A DNA stretch of 64,000 nt, taken from positions 30,993 to 94,992 of the forward strand of contig CACPMT010000001.1 in the NCBI GenBank assembly GCA_902635045.1, written 5' to 3'. Origin of the DNA: an uncultured SAR86 cluster bacterium. GTDB taxonomy: Bacteria; Pseudomonadota; Gammaproteobacteria; Magnimaribacterales; AG-339-G14. Shown here one piece after another: positions 57,433 through 64,000 of the stretch (the stretch's first letter is position 1; each line of letters opens with the position of its first letter). The notes under the pieces were generated by a model. That model had not been told where the DNA came from and did no database searches. It saw nothing but the letters and a program-made list of their open reading frames with translations. The position numbers and the translations under genes were made by a program.

Positions 57433-58214
57433 GAATCAATTATCCCTTTGGTTGGAGAACTTGGATCAGCTGTTTTTTTTACAGGTATTCTGCCAGCTAA
57501 AAAACATTTTCTCCCACTTATCGCTGCGTCTCTCATTGCTTCAGCCATTAGCACAGGATTGTTTGACTTTGCTATCGCAGTATTTAACAAAACTCCGTCA
57601 CAACCCATTTCCATAGCAACTGAAACTTCTGATGCAGCTCCAATCCCAGCATCGATAATTACTGGACATGAAATTTTTTTAATTATTTTTTTTATTGAAT
57701 TGGGGTTTATGATTCCCTGTCCAGAACCAATTGGAGACGCTAATGGCATAATTGCGACACAACCTATGTCTTCTAAGCGAGTGGCATAGTCAATTTCATC
57801 TGTGCAATACACCATAACTTCAAAATCAAGTGAAACTAGCTCTTTTGCTGCAACAATAGTTTCTTTCATCAAAGGCATAAGAGTCTCTTTGTCTTTTAAA
57901 ACTTCTAGTTTAACTAAATTTTCTCCATTCAATAATTCTCTTCCTAAACAAGCTATTCGAATTGCCTCTTTGGCACTAAAACATCCTGCAGTATTCGGTA
58001 AAATCTTATATTTTTCTGGAGTTATATAATTTAGGATTGAGTCTGATCTGCTTTCAGAATCTATCTCAACTCTTCTAATAGCAACCGTAACTATTTCACT
58101 TTTTGAAGCTTTTATAGCTTCTAAGGCTTGCTTCTCGCTTGAATATTTTCCTGTACCAACAAGTAAACGAGAATTATATGCTTTCCCTGCAATAATTAAG
58201 GGATCTTTTTCCAA
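57429..58214 (-). CDS. thiG: thiazole synthase
   Basis: 261 aa. ILPNTAGC, and the DAGIG...A pattern. Confidence 0.92.
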   Translation of the reverse strand: MEKDPLIIAGKAYNSRLLVGTGKYSSEKQALEAIKASKSEIVTVAIRRVEIDSESRSDSILNYITPEKYKILPNTAGCFSAKEAIRIACLGRELLNGENLVKLEVLKDKETLMPLMKETIVAAKELVSLDFEVMVYCTDEIDYATRLEDIGCVAIMPLASPIGSGQGIINPNSIKKIIKKISCPVIIDAGIGAASEVSVAMEMGCDGVLLNTAIAKSNNPVLMAEAMRDAAISGRKCFLAGRIPVKKTADPSSPTKGIIDS

Positions 58215-58216
58215 AA

Positions 58217-58426
58217 TTAACCGCCTCCTATGGCTCTTACTATTTCTACTTTATCTTCTTTGACAAGCAACCTTTTATCCCAATTAGTTTTAAAAATTAT
58301 TTCTTTATTAATTTCCACTGCACAATGTTTTTCAGATAAATCCAAAAATATAAAAAGCTCTTTAATTGATAAATTTTCAGGGACCTCACGAGATTCGCCA
58401 TTAAGAAGTATCTTAATTTTAGTCAT
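58217..58426 (-). CDS. thiS: sulfur carrier protein ThiS
   Basis: 69 aa ending in ...RAIGGG (C-terminal GG). Confidence 0.85.
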   Translation of the reverse strand: MTKIKILLNGESREVPENLSIKELFIFLDLSEKHCAVEINKEIIFKTNWDKRLLVKEDKVEIVRAIGGG

Positions 58427-58439
58427 TTGTTATCAAATT

Positions 58440-59291
58440 TTAGGAAATAAAGCTTCTAACTTTTTCCATTGCGGCTTTTTCTATTTGCCTTATTCTTTCG
58501 GCGCTAACACCGTACTTATCTGCCAATTCGTGAAGTGTAAGCTTTTGTTCTTCTAGCCATCTATCAATTAATATTTCTTTGCTTCTGGGATCAAGTTCTT
58601 CCATTGCTTTGTGGAGAGCTTCATAACTATAGTCGTCGGAATCCTCTTTTTCCACAATATCCGCAGGGTCACATGTATCGTCTGTCAAAAAACCTGACGG
58701 ACTAAATGAAGCTTGTTCATCACTTGCTTCAGATGGAGGATCGAATGACATGTCAGATGAAGAAAGCCTTGATTCCATTTCTTTGACAGATTTTTCATCA
58801 ACTCCAAGTTCTTCAGATATAACTTTGATCTCATCAGGATTTAACCAATTTAATTCTTTCTTTTGGCTCCTGAGATTGAAAAACAGCTTTCTTTGAGCTT
58901 TTGTTGTAGCAACTTTAACTATTTTCCAGTTTTTAATAATGTATTCGTGCATTTCAGATTTAATCCAGTGAACAGCAAAAGATATAAGCCTAACTCCTAC
59001 CTCAGGATTAAATTTTCTAACAGCTTTCATGAGACCTACGTTCCCTTCTTGAATTAAATCTGCTTGCGGTAATCCATAACCAGCGTAACCTCTAGCAATG
59101 TGGACTACAAATCTAAGATGAGCCATAACCAATTGACGAGCTGCTTCAAGATCATCTTTATAATAAAGGTCTTCAGCTAATTTTTTTTCCTGTTCTGGAG
59201 TTAAAATAGCTATGTTTTGAATAGACGAAAGATATGACTCCAGATTTTGACCTGGAGCTGAAATGTCCATTGGTTGCAGTTCTCTACCCAT
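58440..59291 (-). CDS. rpoH: RNA polymerase sigma-32 (heat shock)
   Basis: Region 2 QEGNVGLMKAVRKFNPE and RpoH box TKAQRKLFFNLR. Confidence 0.93.
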   Translation of the reverse strand: MGRELQPMDISAPGQNLESYLSSIQNIAILTPEQEKKLAEDLYYKDDLEAARQLVMAHLRFVVHIARGYAGYGLPQADLIQEGNVGLMKAVRKFNPEVGVRLISFAVHWIKSEMHEYIIKNWKIVKVATTKAQRKLFFNLRSQKKELNWLNPDEIKVISEELGVDEKSVKEMESRLSSSDMSFDPPSEASDEQASFSPSGFLTDDTCDPADIVEKEDSDDYSYEALHKAMEELDPRSKEILIDRWLEEQKLTLHELADKYGVSAERIRQIEKAAMEKVRSFIS

Positions 59292-59364
59292 ATAAAGCGA
59301 ATTTTATACCTAAAAATGTGTTATTTGCATATAAAAAGATATTATTTTACTTAACTTATTGATT

Positions 59365-60162
59365 TTATTGAATAATATGACTAAAAAATGCTTGATTTGA
59401 TATGGCATAAAATCCATTTATTTTAAAAGTTTTATCAGAATTGTATTCAATTTCATTCATGTCCAAATCGACAATATTTCCTCCAGAAGCCTTTAAAATA
59501 GCGTGTCCAGCTGCAATATCCCACTGGCCGACATCGCCAAAACGCGGGTATATATGACAATCGCCACTTGCTACTAAACATATTTTTAGAGAGCTTCCTG
59601 CAGGAAAAAGTTCTATTTTTTTGAACTTCTTTTTAAGATATCGAGTAAATCTTTGTTCTTTAGCAGTTTGATGCTTCTTACTAATTGTAATTCGACAATT
59701 TTCTTTTGAAAAACATGTTTGCAAGTTTCTTTTATTGCCATTTTCTTCACTAAAAGCTTGGAAATCTTTACCTCCAGCAATAAAGGTTTTCCTAATAGGA
59801 ATATATATTGCCCCAAATAAAGGTTTTCCATTTTTTATTAAAGCTATGTTAATTGTAAATTCTTCACTTTTATCAATAAACTCTTTAGTTCCATCTAGAG
59901 GGTCTATAAGCCAAAAAGTTTCTTTCTTTTTTGCTTCCTCCACTCCTTCTTCAGAAATAATTGGAATATCAGGAAATAACTTTTTTAAATTAGTAGAAAT
60001 GAATTCGTTCGATCTTAAATCTGCGATAGTCAGAGGAGAATCATCATATTTCTTTTGAAAGTCTATATTTTTCTGACTTTCATAAATTTCAATAATTAAT
60101 TTAGAAGCTCCTTCCATAATTAACTTTACTGGTTGAACAATCTCTCTAGTCTTCATTTTCAA
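59365..60162 (-). CDS. cysQ: 3'(2'),5'-bisphosphate nucleotidase
   Basis: Inositol monophosphatase-family motifs WLIDPLDGTKEF and WDIAAGHAIL. Confidence 0.85.
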   Translation of the reverse strand: MKMKTREIVQPVKLIMEGASKLIIEIYESQKNIDFQKKYDDSPLTIADLRSNEFISTNLKKLFPDIPIISEEGVEEAKKKETFWLIDPLDGTKEFIDKSEEFTINIALIKNGKPLFGAIYIPIRKTFIAGGKDFQAFSEENGNKRNLQTCFSKENCRITISKKHQTAKEQRFTRYLKKKFKKIELFPAGSSLKICLVASGDCHIYPRFGDVGQWDIAAGHAILKASGGNIVDLDMNEIEYNSDKTFKINGFYAISNQAFFSHIIQ

Positions 60163-60218
60163 TGAAATCTTTTAAATTTTAAGTTTTGATTTACAATGTA
60201 ACTCTTTGAATTTTAATT

Positions 60219-60389
60219 ATGAGCGAAAATAAGAAAGAATTGTTAGATAAAGCAGAAGAAATATCTAATGGCTTGAAAAGATTAAGCAAGAAAAGTCGAA
60301 AGGTCGTTATGCCCTATCATAGTTCGTATGACTTAATTGAAGAACTTGAAGAAGTAGCAGACAGTTTAGTTCAAGATTTAAAAGAGTAG
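60219..60389 (+). CDS. possible small hypothetical protein (56 aa), not in ORF track
   Basis: Own translation gives MSENKKELLDKAEEISNGLKRLSKKSRKVVMPYHSSYDLIEELEEVADSLVQDLKE. It fills an otherwise empty 250-nt gap. No SD seen. Confidence 0.3.
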   Translation: MSENKKELLDKAEEISNGLKRLSKKSRKVVMPYHSSYDLIEELEEVADSLVQDLKE

Positions 60390-60413
60390 AAACAAAGAAT
60401 CAGGAGAGAAATT

Positions 60414-61277
60414 ATGAATTACGAAAGTTTTAAATATTCATCGGAAGAAGGTATTGGACATCTCGTTTTAAATAAAGGAGAAGATTTAAATAAAATGACA
60501 ATGAATTTTTGGTATGAGCTACCAAAAATTTTAGATGAAATAGATAGAGATGCTTCTCTGAGAGTTTTGATATTGTCCTCAACTGGTAAACATTTTTGTG
60601 CTGGGATGGATCTCAAAAATTTTGGCACTCTTGGTAACGATTCGGAAAAGAAAACGAATGTTCCAGATAAAGCAAGGATTGGAGAAAATCTATATAGAGT
60701 AGCTAAAGAGCTGCAAGATATGCTTTCCAAATTAGAGAAATTGAGAATACCAGTTCTAGCCGGTATTCAAGGGGGGTGTATTGGTGGTGGACTAGATTTA
60801 GTTACAGCTGCAGATATGAGGTTCGCTAGCAAAGATGCTTTTTTTTGTATCCAAGAGATAAATATTGGCATGGCTGCAGATATCGGAACTCTTCAAAGGC
60901 TACCTCGTGTTATTCCAGAAGGGAAAGTAAGAGAGCTTGCTTACACAGGAAGAAGAATGCCTGCTGAAGAAGCTTTAGAAACTGGTTTAGTCAACAAGGT
61001 CTATGAAAGTCATGAAGAGATGGTAGCTGGCTTAAAAGAAATGGCAACTGTAATAGCTTCTAAAAGTCCTTTAGCTGTTTACGGCACAAAAGCGATTCTT
61101 AATTTTTCTAGGGATCACACCATAGCCGAAGGTTTGGAATATAACGCCCTTTGGAGTGGAGCTATGTTGCCGCAGGAAGATATGGCAGAAGCAATGATGT
61201 CAAATATGGAAAAAAGAGATCCTGAGTTTAAAGACATGCAAGAGATCAGAGACTACGGTAAGTCTTCTGCAAAATAA
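60414..61277 (+). CDS. enoyl-CoA hydratase/isomerase (crotonase) family protein
   Basis: KHFCAGMDL oxyanion-hole block and GGCIGGGLDL. AGGAGAG SD. Confidence 0.85.
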   Translation: MNYESFKYSSEEGIGHLVLNKGEDLNKMTMNFWYELPKILDEIDRDASLRVLILSSTGKHFCAGMDLKNFGTLGNDSEKKTNVPDKARIGENLYRVAKELQDMLSKLEKLRIPVLAGIQGGCIGGGLDLVTAADMRFASKDAFFCIQEINIGMAADIGTLQRLPRVIPEGKVRELAYTGRRMPAEEALETGLVNKVYESHEEMVAGLKEMATVIASKSPLAVYGTKAILNFSRDHTIAEGLEYNALWSGAMLPQEDMAEAMMSNMEKRDPEFKDMQEIRDYGKSSAK

Positions 61278-61278
61278 C

Positions 61279-62055
61279 TTAAGATTCTTTTCTTAAAAAG
61301 GTCGGATTTTTTTCAGAGGATTCTTCCTTGCTAAATTCGTATCCATCCAAATTGAAGTTTTTTAGCTCTCTTGAATTTTCTATTTTATTTTCCAAAATAA
61401 ACTTAGCCATTAATCCTCTCGCTTTTTTTGCGTAAAAACTAATTATCTTATATTTTCCGTTTTTATAATCTTTAAAAACTGGAGAAATAACTTTTCCATT
61501 TATCATTGTTTGATCCAAAGCTGAAAAATACTCATTAGAAGCTAAATTAACCAAAGTATTTTCTTTTTGAGACGCCAAATCAGAATTTATAGCTTTTGTT
61601 AATTCAGGTTTCCAAAAATTATATAAACCATCTACCTCACCAGACTTCAACTTAGTGCCCATTTCTAATCTATAAGGCGAAATTAAATCCAATGGCTTAA
61701 GAAGTCCGTATAAACCAGAAAGTATTCTTAAGCGATTTTGAGAATAGTTGATAGTTGACTTAGATAAATTACTTGCATCCAAGCCTTGATAGACATCTCC
61801 TTTAAAAGCAAATATCGCTTGTCTTGAATCTTTAGAGGGTTTGCTTTGTTTTTTCCAGGTTTGATATCTTTCAAAATTTAAGAAAGCAAGATTATCGCTT
61901 AAGCCCATTAAATCAGAAATATACTCAGGTTCATAAGATCTCATTATTTTAATCAACGACTCTGACTTACCTAAGAAGTCAGGAGTTGTATAATCAAACC
62001 CATTTAGGGGAGATTCGTAATCTAAGGTTTTAGCAGGTGATAAAACAATAATCAT
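61279..62055 (-). CDS. yaaA: peroxide stress protein YaaA (DUF328)
   Basis: MIIVLSPAKTLD N-terminus and YAKKARG. Confidence 0.88.
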   Translation of the reverse strand: MIIVLSPAKTLDYESPLNGFDYTTPDFLGKSESLIKIMRSYEPEYISDLMGLSDNLAFLNFERYQTWKKQSKPSKDSRQAIFAFKGDVYQGLDASNLSKSTINYSQNRLRILSGLYGLLKPLDLISPYRLEMGTKLKSGEVDGLYNFWKPELTKAINSDLASQKENTLVNLASNEYFSALDQTMINGKVISPVFKDYKNGKYKIISFYAKKARGLMAKFILENKIENSRELKNFNLDGYEFSKEESSEKNPTFLRKES

Positions 62056-62081
62056 AGATATTATTAAATCATAAAATCGAA

Positions 62082-62582
62082 ATGAAAAATATTAATCAAA
62101 CATTTCAATATTTACTTACAATTTTTCCATATTCTCTAGGAATTATAAGCTCGTGGGCCATTTTCTTAATGATTGTCCTAACAACATTAGTAGTTTTTCT
62201 GAGGTACTTTTTAGGCATTGGAGTTGTAGGTCTTCAAGAAATGGTAATTTATCTTCATGGTATAGCTTTTTTATTTTGTTCTGCATATGCCTATGAAAAC
62301 GATGAACACGTAAGAGTAGATATTTTTTATCGACGTGCGAGTGAAAAAAATAAAAAAATAATTAATTTAATCGGTAATTTAATTTTCCTTCAGCCAATGG
62401 CATGGACAATATTTATTTTGTCCATTAATTATGTTTTATTTTCATGGTCCACTTATGAAGTTTCTCCTGAACCAGGAGGACTTCCATTCGTTTACTTATA
62501 CAAAAGTTGTATTTTGATTTTTTCTGTGATTCTGATCCTTCAAAGCCTAGCTTCTATTTTGGCTTATTTTAATGATGATTGA
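62082..62582 (+). CDS. dctQ: TRAP transporter small permease
   Basis: 166 aa, 4 TM. Overlaps and precedes the large permease. Confidence 0.8.
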   Translation: MKNINQTFQYLLTIFPYSLGIISSWAIFLMIVLTTLVVFLRYFLGIGVVGLQEMVIYLHGIAFLFCSAYAYENDEHVRVDIFYRRASEKNKKIINLIGNLIFLQPMAWTIFILSINYVLFSWSTYEVSPEPGGLPFVYLYKSCILIFSVILILQSLASILAYFNDD

Positions 62583-63933
62583 GTTTATTCCACTAATTTT
62601 ATTTGTTGTTATTTGTGCCAGCCTGCTTCTTGGATTTCCAGTTGCTTTCACTTTAGGTGGTGTTTCATTAATTTTTGCAGGTATAGGAACAATATTTGGA
62701 GTATTCGATCTTTACTTGTTAGAGACAATTCCAAATAGATTATTTGGAATCATGACTAATACGACTTTGGTAGCTGTCCCTCTCTTTGTCTTCATGGGAG
62801 TTATTTTAGAAAAATCAAAAATTGCAGAAAAACTACTTGAGTCAATGTCGGAAATTTTCGGAAGATTAAAAAGTGGCTTAGGTATTTCAGTGATCATTGT
62901 TGGTACCTTATTAGCAGCGAGTACTGGAATAGTAGGAGCAACCGTAATAGCTATGGGCTTAATCTCTTTACCTGCCATGTTAAAAAAAGACTATTCAGAA
63001 GAGGTTTCAACTGGTTTGATTGCTGCCACCGGTACACTCGGGCAAATTATTCCGCCTTCTATAGCTTTAGTCATATTAGGTGATGTTTTAGCAACAGCTT
63101 ATCAACAAGCTCAATTGAGTATGGGTAATTTCTCTGCCAAATCTGTATCTGTTGGCGATTTGTTTGTTGCTGCAATTATTCCAGGTTTGCTTTTGGTAAC
63201 AGCATATTCTTTTTATTTTATTTTGAATATTTCAAATAAAAATATTAATTTTAATGAAACCAATGCCTCTATTTCTTTAAAGCATATATTGAAGATCTTA
63301 ATTCCGCCCTTCTTACTGATTTTTTCTGTCTTGGGATCGATTATTTTAGGAGTAGCTTCGCCAACTGAAGCTGCAGGAATTGGAGCAATGGGGTCTATTT
63401 TAATTGCCGGACTAAACAAAAAATTATCTTTATTAGTTTTGTCGGATGCAGTAAAACAAACCGCCTTCATTAGTAGTATGGTTTTTATGATTTTAATCGG
63501 TGCTTCAATATTTTCCTTAGTGTTTAGAGGTTATGGAGGGGAAGAACTTATTTCAAACTTATTTAATGCAATACCTGGAGGACTTTTTGGCTCTATGTTA
63601 ATAGTAATGATCTTAGTTTTTTTATTAGGTTTTATTTTAGATTTCATTGAAATAAGCTTTGTTGTGGTTCCAATTGTTGGGCCTATTCTTATTGCAATGG
63701 GAGCTGATCCATTGTGGTTAGGAATTATGCTGGCTATAAATTTGCAAACGTCTTTTTTAACTCCACCTTTCGGATTTGCTTTGTTTTATTTAAGAGGTGT
63801 AACACCAGAAAGAATAAAAACAGAAACAATTTACAAAGGGGTTTTTCCCTTTATTTTGATTCAACTTTTGATTCTTTGTTTAGTTGCATATTTTCCTTTT
63901 ATCGCAACTTATCTTCCTTCATTGATTTACTAA
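62572..63933 (+). CDS. dctM: TRAP transporter large permease
   Basis: 453-aa polytopic ORF with a typical DctM pattern (SGIVGATVIAMG, PPFGFALFYL). Confidence 0.88.
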   Translation: MMIEFIPLILFVVICASLLLGFPVAFTLGGVSLIFAGIGTIFGVFDLYLLETIPNRLFGIMTNTTLVAVPLFVFMGVILEKSKIAEKLLESMSEIFGRLKSGLGISVIIVGTLLAASTGIVGATVIAMGLISLPAMLKKDYSEEVSTGLIAATGTLGQIIPPSIALVILGDVLATAYQQAQLSMGNFSAKSVSVGDLFVAAIIPGLLLVTAYSFYFILNISNKNINFNETNASISLKHILKILIPPFLLIFSVLGSIILGVASPTEAAGIGAMGSILIAGLNKKLSLLVLSDAVKQTAFISSMVFMILIGASIFSLVFRGYGGEELISNLFNAIPGGLFGSMLIVMILVFLLGFILDFIEISFVVVPIVGPILIAMGADPLWLGIMLAINLQTSFLTPPFGFALFYLRGVTPERIKTETIYKGVFPFILIQLLILCLVAYFPFIATYLPSLIY

Positions 63934-63967
63934 TTAAAAAAAATTTTAAATTTGTTATATTTATAAA

Positions 63968-64000
63968 ATGAAATTCATAAAATTCTTATTGTTTCTAATC
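63968..64000 (+). CDS. start of a further ORF (11 codons, signal-peptide-like MKFIKFLLFLI), truncated by window end
   Basis: ATG 63968 followed by a hydrophobic run. Too short to call a product. Confidence 0.25.
   Translation, partial: MKFIKFLLFLI

Noticed and set aside
57448-58029. Plus-strand ORFs 57448-57789 and 57802-58029
   Set aside because: They are antisense to thiG, which has unmistakable family sequence.
1-64000. CRISPR arrays, rRNA genes, IS elements, prophage genes
   Set aside because: No regularly spaced direct repeats, rRNA-like GC-rich structured stretches, terminal-inverted-repeat plus transposase units or phage structural genes were seen on either strand.

Overview
This is a strongly AT-rich (about one-third GC by eye, not computed), very gene-dense chromosomal segment. 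All calls come from reading the sequence and recognising motifs; no database search was possible. Gene order is gammaproteobacterial in type: GS-ntrB-ntrC, hisBHAF, mutY-yggX, lgt-thyA-folA, a Vibrio-type six-gene TonB2 cluster, efp-argS, yggS-proC-yggT, metX-metW-rdgB, trmB-thiG-thiS-rpoH, cysQ and TRAP dctQM. I infer a streamlined marine gammaproteobacterium. I support about 80 CDS and one tRNA, and found no rRNA, CRISPR array, IS element or integrase. The one clearly accessory region is 21.7-25.3 kb. There an intact tRNA-Phe(GAA) is followed by two tandem integrase-less islets, each closed by a 46-nt direct repeat of the tRNA 3' part. Islet 1 carries only a translationally coupled HNH-nuclease + HIT-hydrolase gene pair, my best candidate for an undescribed defence or toxin module. 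Islet 2 carries a 4-gene metal cassette (small OMP-like protein, His-rich periplasmic HMA protein, MerT-like CC-motif membrane protein, CsoR-type repressor) with a CsoR-type palindrome over its first start codon. The two islets share the same end architecture, with phased GTG[A/C]ACA repeats and a conserved motif 10 nt after the CCA. Other points of interest:
- Two consecutive genes can only start at AUU, and zapE can only start at CUG.
- An Anbu / ATP-grasp / alpha-E cluster lacks the transglutaminase gene.
- A type II glutamine synthetase sits in the glnA slot upstream of ntrBC.
- A Gfo/Idh/MocA-aldo/keto reductase fusion lies in a glycoside-utilisation locus.
- Most convergent gene pairs overlap at their stop codons.
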